Shown here one piece after another: positions 29,301 to 42,000 of a stretch of 64,000 bases of DNA; position 1 is the first letter of the stretch; each line of letters begins with the position of its first letter. The notes under the pieces were generated by a model. The model had not been told where the DNA came from. It searched no databases and saw only the letters and a list, made by a program, of their open reading frames with translations. A program made the translations under genes and the position numbers. Source of the stretch: Lingula anatina (lineage: Eukaryota > Animalia > Brachiopoda); contig CM120644.1 of NCBI GenBank assembly GCA_051362555.1, positions 8,750,954-8,814,953 of the forward strand. Reading direction: 5' to 3'.

Positions 29301-32057
29301 TTCAATAGTAACTATGGACCTATCTCTGCCAGTTTTGGAGCTAAAAGGGAAGCAAAATTTGCAAAGTTCAATTCATGGTGAAAAGTAGGTCAAAGGTCAA
29401 TTTCAAGGTCACATTTAGATTGCCAGTATATGACTTCCTATTCAACTTCAATAGTAACTATGGACCTATCTCTGCCAGTTTTGGAGATAAAAGGGAAGCA
29501 AAATTTGCAAAGTTCAGTTCATGGTGAAAAGTAGGTCAAAGGTCAATTTCAAGGTCACAGTAAGATTGCCAGTATATGACTTCCTATTCAACTTCAATAG
29601 TAACTATGGACCTATCTCTGCCAGTTTTGGAGATATAAGGGACTAAATGTTATAATTTTGGAATTACCTTAATGTGCCATAAATTTCCTACAGCAAAAAT
29701 TAATTAAAATAAAGAAAAGGTCATTTTGGTCAAAATTCTTGAAATGGGAGGTGCTCTGAAGTTCCAGAAGTTCAAATTTGATGAAATAATGTCATTTTTG
29801 ACCACAAGTTGTCTGCTTTGCCAAGCCTTATGTTTTATTTTTCCAGAGTTCAAAATTTATTATCCATTACCGTACTGCACATTTTGCTTTCACCACCAAT
29901 ATGTACTTTCTGATACAGCATAACTTGAAAACCGTACGGAATACAAAAAAACGGAGACCACCTTCAGTGTTGGGCTTTACATGCTCTACAAAATGCAAAA
30001 AAGAATGGGTCTCTAGCATTAACGGTTCCCGAATTAGAGACAGTTTTCAGTTTCGCCATCTTATGGCCACTACTCCGGTGAAAATGCACTGATTGACCCC
30101 AAATTCACGGAGATGAAGGATGACCTGAAGGGTAACACTTTCCAATAATATTATTGGTTAAGTCTGTGTGGTGTCTGAATAACAGGGCAAAAAAATTCGG
30201 ATGGGACCGAAACCATGTGTACTGCCAGCGCTAACGCTGGTGGTACAATAAATCATGCAACATCTACATTCTACACTTTTTTGTGTCATTCCACACTACT
30301 GTAAGCGTCATTGTATCGTTTGAAGATATTGTTTAAGTCATATCCTATGGGCGGCGGTTTATACAAAAATGCAAAACACGATTAGTCGTCATCGTTATCA
30401 GATCAGTCGAAATGAAAACACGATTAGTCGTCGTCGTTATCAGATCAGAAGGCAAAATACGACTAGTAGTCATCAAAACGCAACTAGTCATCAAAACGCA
30501 ACTAGTCATCATCAAAACGCAACTTGTCATCATCAAAACGCAACTAGTCATCATCAAAACGCAACTTGTCATCAAAACGCGATTTGACGCCAGATGGCGC
30601 CCATTGTACGAAAATCTAGGCCAAGTCACATGATCCACAGTGATCAAAATGGCGGACGTTATTGAAGCAGCATTATCATATTCCTCGCTCGAACTCGAGA
30701 ATTATCTCGAGTTCGAGATATTATTATATATATAATATCATTATTAGATTGTACGCGTAGAGATAATTCTCGAAATAATAAATAATTAAATAATTTATTA
30801 AATAATTTGGACATGTTATAAATTTAAAAAAAACAAAAACACATACTTGTGAAGCACTGCTTTATTGTTGTACTCATTTCACAAGTTCCAGATATTATTA
30901 TATATATAATATCATTATTAGATTGTACGCGTAGAGATAATTCTCGAGTTCGAGCGAGGAATATGATAATGCTGCTTCAATAACGTCCGCCATTTTGATC
31001 ACTGTGGATCATGTGACTTGGCCTAGATTTTCGTACAATGGGCGCCATCTGGCGTCAAATCGCGTTTTGATGACAAGTTGCGTTTTGATGATGACTAGTT
31101 GCGTTTTGATGATGACAAGTTGCGTTTTGATGATGACTAGTTGCGTTTTGATGACTAGTTGCGTTTTGACGACTACTAGTCGTATTTTGCCTTCTGATCT
31201 GATAACGATGACGACTAATCGTGTTTTGCATTTTTGTATAAACCGCCGCCCATAATATCCCATACATACATATTTTACAGCACATTAATTTTATTCATTC
31301 GCATACTGCCATATGTTGCTTAGGATCTTTGTGCTCAGGCTACTAAAAACACTGAGGCTGGCAATAAGTCTGAGTTTACACCATACCTTTATGCTAGTAA
31401 GCCTTAATCTATCACAAACCATTGATCTTAACAATCCCCGGAGCATCTTCAATTTGAGAGAGCTAAAGTGGTTAAATCTTATCTTTAAGTTGATCAGGAG
31501 AGGCAGGACCTTCACCTTACCATTCGTAATTTTCTCACTAGTTAGTTTGGACTCAGATAACGGCCTCTCAGTATAATTTGTATGTGTGGGAATTTACAGT
31601 GTCTGTCTGTTTATTCTTGATAATATCTATTTTGACTTTAAAGATAATTACTCTTTCCAGGATTTTGTTCCTTAAAAAATACAGAACTGAAGGCCCTTTG
31701 ACATTACATTAAATTCATGAATTAACAAATCACAACACTGCTTAATCATTTTTTCAACATGGAATAATTATACAAATGGTGCATAACATAAACACCAATA
31801 CACATTGCCTTACCTTGGTTATGATAGGTATCAGATGTGACGATAATAGTACTACTAGTATAACATTGTTCTCACACTGTAATTAAGGTACAACATGACA
31901 CAGAAGAATTGTACCAATAGGATGAGCACATTGCAAAGGGACCCTAGCTAGCTAGCTAGTGCACCAAGTGTGAATACCTTACCTGCGTTAATTAACAATA
32001 TGGATGCCAGAGTATGGTGACATTTATCAGTTGTTTTTTTTCTTTTTCTTTCTTTCT

Positions 32058-32098
<41 letters not shown>

Positions 32099-35000
32099 AG
32101 TTATGTGTACTAGTAAGTTTTGGGTCCAGAGAGAAACTGAAGTATTGTATAAAATCTTTCTTAATACTAAGATTCAAAATTTTGCTCCATATCGATCTGA
32201 GATGAATCTATAAAAGTCTACTAAACTAAGTAACATTGGCTTTTCCTTACTTTACAAAATTCTCAATTTGCTAGACAAAGATTTTACAAAGAGTCAGAGA
32301 GCACATTCAGAACAGTGGACTATACAAATCAGCAGATCAAATATGGCCGACCCACTTGAGTGCTTGTTGCATAATTACCACAGGAAATCTGTGCAGTGTC
32401 TAATTGGAAATTAAGTGACAATAAAGCTTTTTAGTGGGCTGACATATTTGATCTGCGATCCGTTAGTCCACTGCACTCAATCTAAATAAAAAAATTTGGC
32501 TTTTAGGTTACTAGTAAAAGGATAACAACTCTATATTATGAAGTGAAAAATGAGCCATGAACAGAATTTTCTTGGGTAAGCAACAGTGTTCCCATACTTA
32601 CAAATACTAGTAGTTAATAAATGCATTCCAACATTCAAAGTTAGTCCCTTGTTCTTTTTTTTTTAATTTTTTTTTAAGCTTGTTTTTGTTTGATCAAATC
32701 TTTGTACAGATTATTGTGGAGGGTAGCCATCTATGAAGGTTTACTAGGTCTGACGGCTAGCACAGACTTCAAAATAATTGCAGTAACCACTGTATTGGTG
32801 GTAAAATGGAATTTATTATATTTCTATGTGTTGTTTACAATGTATTTATTGTGGAATTCTGAATCTCATTTGAAGAATTGTTATATCCCTTAAAGATACT
32901 AATGTTATCTATCCTCAATCATCTTCCCATTGCTACGGAGAACTAATAATCTAATAGGTTAAAGACAGTATATCCTCCAAAGGAAACTACCGATCCACTG
33001 AAGAGTTCTCGAGAAACTGCCAAATCAATGAGATTATGTTATCTCCAAGTTGTTATCCCTGGTGACTTTTATCATGGCAGTCACAAGTAATGGCAATAGT
33101 TGCTTAACGAGCTTTGATTCATTCATGGAACATGGGATTTGTAATGTAGTTATCTGGCACAGCGAACACGGAAAGCGCCGTCCAGTCTTATTACGTTAGG
33201 GTTACTTCAGTGGTACATTTAATAAGTAATTCACATCACTGACAAACAAGTGGTTCAGGAGCTCTAGCTGTGACTGTCATATAATACTGAGAGCCACGAG
33301 TTCCAACACATCAAGCTAGTTAGTTTATACCATAGATGTCCTGTGGGTACTGAACTCTGACAACAATGACAATATTAGTTCAGTTCTCCAAGGAAGTCCA
33401 AGGGAATAATAAGAAAAAAAAAACATTGGAATTTGTGCCACAAATGAACTTGGGTATCCAGTTTATGTTCACAATAGTTTTCATTGTTTGTTTGCTTATT
33501 ACACCTGAGATACTAGTTGTTGGTCTATGTAGGTATTTAATCGCAAATGTTGTTCCGTTTTTTACAAGTTCCACATGGATTTATCTGCCTTGTAATAAAT
33601 ATCTTCCTGTATATCACCCTTAGATGTTTCCACTCTCCTTAATATTTATCTATCATAATATACTTATATGAATGACCAAAGTTCCTACCTCTAGTATATA
33701 GCTATAATAATATTACATTATTTTCTTTACATTTATCCAAACTCTTCCTTTTTATTGCAAGTTTAATTTGCAATTGCCTACCATTACCCACATAACATTC
33801 AATACCAAAAGTGTTATATAGGAGTTTATCTTTGCTACCAGTATCAATCATTTCCACCATTCCTACACATTGCTGTTTAAACATGCAGTTACATGCCTAT
33901 ACGTCCTTGCACCGATACTCCCCCGTACCGGTACATCCCCGCACCAATTGTGTCATTTATTAATTAATAAAACAGAAAAAGGCCCCCTAAGTTAGTGAAA
34001 TGAAAATAATAACTTGAAAACAATATATTGCAACAACTGAGGAGTTAGAAATGTGCAAGTAATAAATGTACACTGAAGGAAAAAATTCAGGTACAACCAT
34101 CCAGCCAGATATCAGCTTTGCGAGTGTGATGGCACAATCCCAGTACTGTAAGTACCTGATCTTTTCAATGGGGAAAATTATGAATTTTACAAATACTGTA
34201 CAATTTAAGTCATAATTTCTTAAAATTAAGTAGTAGCAACAAAATCAAAAAGCAGTCAACTCCTTAGTTCTATTTTATATTATGCAATAAAGCACCACAA
34301 ATGCTAGAAATATAATTTATGTGCTTACAAAATTTTGTATAGATCCGAAAGTTGGATAATTTCTGTCCATTGAAAAGATTGAGCAATTACCATATTATGA
34401 TTGAGACTTTGCATGACATGACCAACAATATCATATTCTATACAGAATGGAACTTCAGTACTTTCAGACACCTATACATGGTTGACTGCAGTTTGTACAA
34501 TATGCAAGAGTCTCAACCTGGGGTCATGCAATCGATGAACTTAACAAGTTAATCCTGTTGTACATGAAAGCATTTCCAAATAAAAATATCAAAAATATGG
34601 TGATAAAAAAAAAAGAATAATTTTTTTACAGTATATAAAGATGTGGAGTGTAACAGGTGAGGCAGCTAGTAGTAGGTTCATGTGTAAGTTAAGAAATCAA
34701 GGGAACTTATCATTGTTCTGCAATCCTTACAAACCACAGTCATGATTTTCACCCAGTGACTGCTCTGTTTGGTTAACATAATAAATTGTTGCAAAAAAAA
34801 AATATATATCCATTGTTTTGTGTCAAATTTATTACCCATTGATATATATATTTTTTTATTTTTTATCTATTTATTTTTATTTATTTAAATATTTTAACAC
34901 ATTAACAAATCTATCTATCAGATTCTATCAATCTATCCATCCATCCATCTATATATCTACTTATTTTGCCAAGATATCAAGCTTTTTTTTTTTTTTTTTT

Positions 35001-35800
35001 TTTGCTAAAACAAACTGACAGTGTGTAGGGCTGTATTCCCAGAGCTTTTAGATTGAACTATCCCCGCGGGGAGTCTCACTAGATTACTAGTACTGTCAGA
35101 TAATCCTTATCTGACCGTCCGTCCTGCCTACTACAAGCTGTAAGGGGGTAATTAACTTTCGTTCCCGTTCAGCTGACAGCTATTTAGCGTGAACCCCCAG
35201 GGAGTTAGGTCGATCTAAAGTAGATCGATCTAATCTCTGGAAATGGGGTCTTAGAGTAAGCCCACTTCAGCCTCGCACATTCAAAGGCAACCTAATGGGT
35301 TCTTCTCTGCAGTCATATTTCAAATCAATATTCCCTATTGTAGACCTCCCCTTGTACCTCACTGTATGCAGAGCCTCCTCAAGAGTGAATTAGGAATGAC
35401 AAAGACTCTGCTGCAGACCAATCAATCTGAACAATTCACTGGTTAGGTGAATATCTTGATAAGTACAGATGAATAGTGGAAATTAAGCTAGCTATCTGCT
35501 GCTCCTCAACTCATTATGTACACTATAGGTTTCTACCACATCTAATTATAAAATTACCTCAACATAAAAGCAGTGTGTTTCCTATATGAAACCATCCTGT
35601 ATTACACAAATAAGTTTTGTGAATTAGCATTATAGCAAGCTTGATCTCAATGATAAATTTTATCTAAAAAAAGTGCACTAGCTTCTGGTTTCAAAAATTC
35701 TTATTTTGAATTACTAGTAGGTGCATGCTGGTGAAACTTGAATCCAACAAGTTAAACAAGTTCTTTAATTTTACTCAATGCATTGGCTTTATGTTAATGT

Positions 35801-35877
<77 letters not shown>

Positions 35878-38781
35878 CATTCATATTCTAAATATGTTTG
35901 AAGCAATTACACGAGAAAATAATGTAACTGTTATATCTTACATGAAACATTTGTTCTTTACAAAAGAAGAAAAAATTCTTATGACAATGTTCATAACCTT
36001 GTCAATAGCACCTGCGGCAACATTTTCAATTGTAAGAAAGAAAATTATGCGCTATTACCTATACAGAGTGCCTACTCAAGGGGCGTACACTGAACTGAAG
36101 ACAGCATTGTAGCCTAAAGCCCTATCATAAACTTAGTCAGAGAAGCTTAATACATGACAGGCAAGTTTTTATCTTCTTTTCCTTCTTCTTCTCTCTCTCT
36201 CTCTCTGCCTTTCTCTGTTACAGTTCTAGTATGTATATCCCCACAGAATTTGACTAAGCACTACTTCCAACCTTCACAAAGCAGGTTATCCAAGTGTGTA
36301 TATCTATCATCTTATGAGTAGACTAGCAACAAAAATATGTTGCCTCTTCAAGATATCTTAGCACTCTTTGATGCTAATCTCAAACCTATACTAGTGCTTC
36401 CTTAGCTGTAAAGTTAGCAAGGTGGCATGTATATAGTGAGAAAGATTGAGAATGGAAATTAGACCAACTCGCTGCACATGAAGATTTATTATCCGTTATC
36501 TTAGTTAAATATTGCCTACTAGTAGTCATTTTCTCAAGTTGGTATTTCCCTTTTGATTCCATGTCTTCCAAAGAACTTTTAGTAATGTGTTTACAAAAAT
36601 TATCAGTTATTTGGCAAAAATAAATAAAACAGATATATCTCAAATCATTTATTATAATTATATAGATTCTTCTTCCCAAGACATTGAATTTAAAAGCTTT
36701 TTTTTTCAATCTCATTGCCTATTGATGCACGTTCTAGTTAATTTTGAAAAGGTTGGTGATTTACAATGGATACTAAAAACTGACCAAAAGAAGACTAAAA
36801 AAGTAAATTTTTTCACCACTTTTTAGTGAAACCATGCCGTGACATGTCTGACATGACATAAAGGAAATTGCATTATCCTTAAACAAACACTAACCCAAGT
36901 TGTCCCCAACTGGGACACACACTACAGTGCTCATAAATTATCCAATAAAAATGTTTTAAAGCAAAAGTAAACAAATAATTCCATGTGGAAAGAGAAAGAA
37001 ATCTATGGTTTGGTTTGATCATTCTTGTCCTTCTGTATACACCCAGGAGTTTTTTGGAATAATTTATACATATATCTAAAATTTTTAAAGATTTTCCTTT
37101 TTATAAATTGAAATTTATATATCTGGACCAAGCAGTCCATATCGACCATATATGATATGTTTGCCTTCACTGTATAAATTTGTACCTTGCATGCCATCCT
37201 GCAATACATGAAAATCATGACGCTAATTTTCACATTATACAACTATATCTTGATTACCCTACGTACACCCTGGGTGTGCCCTTAACGCACAGATCTCTAA
37301 CCTGTACTAGCTTCCCTTGAGTGCTATACTGTATGAGTAAACGTTATTACAGTGATTGTCACATTGTACTCATTGACAAGTAATTTCTAGTTAGTCAGAG
37401 CTATTCATCCGCATACCAGAAAGGTCACACTTCCTAGCACTGTCAGTACTTGTATAATGACCATAATCACTGATTGCTTAATGGGCTCAGTCAGGATGAC
37501 AATAATTTTGGTCACACAACTGGAAAAATTGTCACTATTATGATATATCAAAACTTTGTGATAAATCATGATAAAGTCATTAAAACAGGTGAAAAATGTT
37601 TTACATTGAGCCTGCTAGGACTGGAAAAATTGAGATTAAAAGGAAAAGTCAAATCTTTGCAATAAATTAATTAAACCAGAAAAAAAAGACGGAAAAAAAG
37701 GTTAAATCAGGTGAAGTTACATTCTGCTATGACTTACTAATATAAGAATATGCCCATGATCTACCAAAAAAAAAATTTTGACAGCTGCAGAGAATTCAGT
37801 ATCCCCTGTGCTGTGACTATATTTCAGTCTTAATTAAAGATTATAGATCAATACTGTAAATGTGCATGTTCAGGAAATGCACTGAGCTACATAAAAAAAA
37901 AAAATGGGTTAAATTTGTACGTGGATGATGGATTGACAAGAAAGACCTAGCTGACAAAATTTATAATGTAACATTCTTCTATTTCTTTTGTGCAGATTTT
38001 CGTCTGTATAGTGGATGTGTAAGGTAAGTATATTAAGTTGATCTGCATGGTGTGCGTGTGTTTGTGTGTGTTGCACAGGTGCTATATATACTGAGTATAT
38101 ATACATATTGTAATGTGACACATGTCTAGCTTATTCATCCTTCCTGTGGACTAATCACCTATGTGAAATGTGCTGTCACTTCTGCTCAACAGCATACGAG
38201 AAACTGAATGATGAGAAGGAAATTATATAAGGTACTCAGTACAGATGTACGTACATAATGCCCTATAAACCTAAAATCTGACTTAAGTCACGCCTATACA
38301 AAGCCCCTTCCTTTTGTTAGCTTTCAAAAAGTCTACCTATGCAAAAACATTAAAAAAAACACGAAGTGTAAATCAATACAGCTAGGCTACATCAATACCT
38401 ATTAATTGAATTGGGTAGACGAAATTAAAAAGTGATCCCCAATCCCCAAAGACCATTTAATATTAATGACAAAGTTTTCGAAAGTATAAATGCCATCGCG
38501 TTTTCCACAAAAGTTACACAACGAACTAACATAATAAAAGGAACTTGAGGTACCACCCAAAATTGATTGTCGCACGACGCAGAAAGGCATACAGATATCT
38601 TGTCACACCTGGACAAGTAAAGGACTGCTTGCTTTTTCCAACGACTTTTAACTCCTCTGATTTTCTAGAGAGATATAAAACTGTGCTGTTGCTCACCTTC
38701 GTTTGCTTTTGCGCTGGATAAATAAGTGATAAAAATAGAGATAATCAGGAGCACTGGTCCTGCAAGCGTCGCACCTGCCAT
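5695..38781 (-). CDS. PLXDC2: Plexin domain-containing protein (PLXDC1/2, TEM7-like), 14 exons, about 546 aa
   Basis: Exons: 38781-38697, 25366-25062, 23452-23318, 17696-17627, 16173-16048, 15560-15507, 15040-14976, 14088-13992, 13710-13615, 13277-13132, 11383-11225, 6771-6717, 6364-6216, 5793-5695. All introns are GT-AG with matching phases. Signal peptide, mucin-like segment, [54 protein letters not shown] domain ([21 protein letters not shown]), TM helix, [22 protein letters not shown] tail. Probably co-orthologous to PLXDC1 and PLXDC2. Confidence 0.95.
7748..7798. repeat. (TA)n microsatellite
   Basis: Direct inspection. Confidence 0.95.
8045..10000 (+). mobile_element. Decayed intron-containing Ginger1-like (Gypsy-integrase-related) DNA transposon
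   Basis: Fragments [12 protein letters not shown] and [24 protein letters not shown] (about 8045-8180), [15 protein letters not shown]...TSP*HP* (8269-8389) and [25 protein letters not shown] (9252-9345). They are bounded by splice-like sites and carry stop codons. Boundaries are approximate. Confidence 0.75.
9065..9119. repeat. (TA)n microsatellite
   Basis: Direct inspection. Confidence 0.95.
14153..14350. mobile_element. hAT-type MITE
   Basis: Imperfect TIRs cagggcttttttcagag and ctctgggaaaatccttg; 8-bp flanks ccggacct and ctagacct (6/8 identical). Confidence 0.65.
15291..15500 (-). mobile_element. About 220-bp MITE family, copy 1 (possibly PIF/Harbinger-like)
   Basis: Diverged reverse-orientation relative of the copies at 23491 and 35028, sharing tatc..cgcg.gggg and tttagcg.gaa.ccc; TAA/TTA flanks. 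Confidence 0.55.
16431..17421 (-). mobile_element. Kolobok-like non-autonomous DNA transposon retaining a first coding exon
   Basis: TTAA on both sides (16427-16430, 17422-17425) and imperfect TIRs AGGACAACTCAGTGGGTTA / AGACAGTCTCAGTGCGTTA. The internal [39 protein letters not shown] ends at a gtgagt donor (16909). Confidence 0.72.
17818..18050 (-). mobile_element. Short Helentron/DINE-like non-autonomous element (HINE)
   Basis: ctagaaaagcactttgagagtgc hairpin end, subterminal inverted repeats cctctgccaagg / ccttggcagag, and a gacagacaaac microsatellite remnant. Another fragment lies near 11440-11522. Confidence 0.7.
18100..18164. repeat. (TA)n microsatellite
   Basis: Direct inspection. Confidence 0.95.
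18420..20897 (-). repeat. Composite tandem-repeat element (about 335-bp, 190-bp and 160-bp arrays, a 9-bp microsatellite, terminal hairpin); Helentron/pearl-like
   Basis: ttgatgcaat..tacat recurs near 18465, 18786, 19116, 19451 and 19790. aaaaaacagcataac recurs at 20341, 20501 and 20662. (cggcgacga)4 at about 20810-20845, and a perfect hairpin at 20866-20895. Confidence 0.75.
22370..22825. repeat. 17-bp minisatellite (atgtgacattgtgttgg)n
   Basis: Near-perfect copies at about 22657-22825, degenerate upstream, with an embedded (TG)n tract. Confidence 0.85.
23491..23711 (+). mobile_element. About 220-bp MITE family, copy 2
   Basis: Closely similar to 35028-35253 (ccgcggggagtctcactagattact...ctgacagctatttagcgtgaacccccagggagttaggtcgatc). 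A partial copy lies at about 24867-24973. Confidence 0.7.
27777..30250 (-). mobile_element. Helentron-type non-autonomous element with a 146-bp tandem array (copy A, 9 monomers)
   Basis: One end is aactagaggatcag-gaggcgataccgcctc (hairpin)-attgtaccaccagc; the other is ccagcgctaacgctgg-tggtacaat. Monomers span 28319-29628. The ends match those of 52950-60939, inverted. Confidence 0.88.
30346..31254. mobile_element. Foldback-like non-autonomous DNA transposon with IS3EU-type termini
   Basis: Inverted arms 30346-30708 and 30934-31254, termini TATGGG...CCCATA, exact 6-bp TSD atatcc (30340-30345, 31255-31260), and internal 18-21-bp tandem repeats. Confidence 0.85.
32060..32094. repeat. (TG)n microsatellite
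   Basis: Direct inspection. Confidence 0.95.
35028..35253 (+). mobile_element. About 220-bp MITE family, copy 3
   Basis: Shared body with the 23491-23711 copy; imperfect terminal inverted repeats. Confidence 0.7.
35804..35875. repeat. (TA)n microsatellite
   Basis: Direct inspection. Confidence 0.95.
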
Positions 38782-39085
38782 TTCAGCTGTTTGTTGATTT
38801 CTAACGAGGTTTTGCGATAGGTCGCGTGGCTTCCGGTTCATAAGGTCGCTATTTGATTGGTCAATTAGAGGCGTGTGTTTATAACGTCTGGGAATTTTAA
38901 CTTGCATTTTTTTCTTTCGAAGTGCACCAATACTTCTGTTACTGGTACCCGAATGGTTAATATGCACAGGGAGGGGAACATTTATAACTTTAATTAGCAG
39001 TCTAACTCGCGGTTACGGAGAAATTTCCAGTGCGACAGGATTTGGACATCATTTTATCTTTAGATAACCCAAAACAAGTTTCAAC
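38782..39085. promoter_or_regulatory. Putative bidirectional promoter region between the PLXDC-like and TROAP-like genes
   Basis: Divergent ATGs separated by 304 bp. CpG-enriched, with CCAAT boxes (attgg near 38857, ccaat near 38927) and a CHR-like ttcgaa near 38916. Confidence 0.6.
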
Positions 39086-42000
39086 ATGTCAACTACGAAA
39101 ACTGGACTTCGGGTTCACCAAAAACGGTAACACCACTGTAAACGTATTAGTATTGACGAATTTGGACTCTTGTTGTTAAACGAACCTTCATATTTTATTA
39201 CTTCTTTATTTTTGAAATTTTTGTTGTAAGCGAGTATGGAAAAACATGTACGAAGAGCTGACAAAGACTGTGTGCAAGTACTCAAATGAAATGACGGATA
39301 GTGAAGATACTAACTTGAAGATACTTTCCTGGTGTTCTTATATGTAATGTTATAAGCGTTAACCTGCAGTTTGGCCAAACAGACCAGTCTTTAAAGATTT
39401 TACCTTCTTTTTTTAGGTCAGAAAACAAGGAAAACATGCCACAGTCAAGGTAAAGAAACTGCAGAGTTGCACCAGAATCAACTCCAAAACAAACGATCAC
39501 ATTAACTCAGGCAAAGGGCACCATGTTTAATACATAAGCTTTCATTATTTATCAAACAAATGTTAATAATTGTTTTCAAACCTCATTAAATTAGATAAAT
39601 GAAGGGTGCATACATGTAACACAGGGCACTTCTCTGAAAAAAAAAAAAAGCCCAGGATATGCGTGAACAGGAAATGGTCATTTGCTAAAAAAAAATGGGA
39701 TGTTTAAGCTGAACTTTGCACATCCATACAATTTATGGATGCATTATCATGCCATCTGCCATATTTGGAAACTCAAAAAAGGTCTATGTACTGTTATTTT
39801 TCAGTATGGGGGGTGGCTTAAATAATTTGTTTACAATCAAATTGTGGAAATTATAAGGTCTGGCAACAATGTCATTCACAGTTAAATATGTTGTTGGAAC
39901 TTGGTGGACTGTAACTGTGATTTTATACACTTAGTTTTTCTACACCTGCTCTTTAGCTTCATTTCTAAATCATTCATCATTCTTGCAGTAAAATCCCAGT
40001 GGCCAGTAGTGTAAAGAAGAAGAAGAGTGTGAAGCTGACCAAGGCCCGACCAGTACCTGACTTTGGCAAATTACACCAACAGTGGCAGGGAAAACTGGAG
40101 AGAGGGAAAGCTCTCACCAAGAAACCTTGCACTGTGGTATAAAGACCCAACTTATTTGTTTCTACCACTCCTACTTCGTCTTTTGTTATCTTTTCCATTT
40201 AGTCATGTTGGTCATATCCTTTTCATCGTGCATGTTTATTTACTATTGGAAAAAATGCAGTGTAACTTAATTCTTAATTATAAACCATGTATATGCCAAA
40301 ACACAAAAGTGACAAATCGGTTCAAGATGAAGAGGAGGAGTAATGATGTAGCAACATAAAAGATGTGGTTAGTGTTTTGATTAATGAGTATCAACTGGGT
40401 TTTGGTGACTACTAGTAAAGTCACTGTTGGAATAATCATTGATTTCTCCTTTCTTACAGGCACATGAATTCGATATAACGAAATCAGGAACCAAAATGAA
40501 GAGAGCAAAGTCCAAAACGGAGCTTAATGGTGATCTTGACCTTAACGTTGACCTCAACCTTGCTGATGACCTTAATCCAGACATTGACTACGGGAGTGAC
40601 CTTGACTTTGCTGTGGACCAAGCTGCTTTAAATATCATCGTTACCAGTAAGGGTGTTGGCCAGGTGACAGGGAGAGCCACCATTGCAGCAACCCACAGGT
40701 AGGAGTCTGTTTATGATGTTTCCCTGGGGTAGCGCTAGCAAATTTTTTCGCTTAGCCATATCACCACATTTTTGTCAATTTGTTATAATTTGGCTAAAAC
40801 ATGTCAAATCAAGCCCTTTTTCTTTAGCCAATTTAAGTCAGTTTTAGCATTTGGCGAAATTGGCAAGTGTTAGCGCTACCCCAGTTTCCTAGGTTTCAGC
40901 ACAAGGGGATTCTTATCATTTGTATTTAGCTTCTTATGATTTGTATTTGTTTCAAGCTCTGGAAAACAAGTGTAGTTATTAGGGGAAATAATTGTCGTCA
41001 GTAGTAAATTACTTTAATTATGGAAAATAAGGCAGTCTTGTTTTTCCCATTTGATCATTTTGAAAAAGGCAACAGATGCAAAAATGACAGTGGCAAGTAT
41101 ACTGACAGTCAATGAAAATGCATCATTGATTTATCAAATAATATTTTAAGTTCCTTTGGAACATGAAGAAAATAAGTTTTTGTGTGAAATATGACCCATT
41201 ATTCAGTCAAACAAGGTGACTCTCTTATTACCAAACAAGTCCATTTGTACTCGTCTATATGGTTGGAATCAATTCTCAGTAAAAAAGTACTAGAATGTTT
41301 TCTGATGCGTTTTCATTGACAGTCAGTATATTTGGTTGAATTAAGGCGTGTCACTGCTGTCTAGACAAAGCAACAGGTGGTGTGGAACGAGGGTACAGCG
41401 TTTTCCCTGCACCAGGATTAAATTTCTTTCTACTAAACAGCTGAATGATTTTAGCTAAATCAGTGTATGATTGATGAAGTGATTAATGTAGTGTAAAATA
41501 ATTCCCTGATGTTTATAAGTTGGTGCTTCTGTATACCATGCTTCACTAAATGTGGCGGAAAAAATATTTTGCTCAAGTCGTTGTGTCATCTAACTGGTTT
41601 TACAAATTGTGTTAGTTGTGACACAGTTGAGAGCCTGAATGCACCTGAACTAATGCAATATTAAGTCAGTTTACCAGAATTTATATTTTGTCAACTTTAC
41701 CTTTTACTAGTACAAAACCAAGCAGTAGTAAGAGGCAGATATTCAAGGAATTGCCACCAGATGGCAGGCAGCTGGGTGACCAAGACAAGACCAGGAAGAG
41801 GAAAGGGTCCTCCTTGGCTGATCTTCAACAAGAAGAAGGTGAGTTTCATTAGAACCACAAGTGTGAACACCTTAAATTTTGCCTTTGCCCCACTTTTCCA
41901 CATAAAGTGCACTTTGCACATTTACCAGCCCGTTTCTCTAACCCCCCCCCCCCCCCCCCAAAAAAAAAAATGTAATCGATAGCTACCATTAATCTTGCTG

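Noticed and set aside
30345-31285. Mirror-image repetitive ORFs (TSCVLMM, HQNATS repeats)
   Set aside because: They arise from 18-21-bp tandem repeats within inverted arms; there is no evidence of coding.
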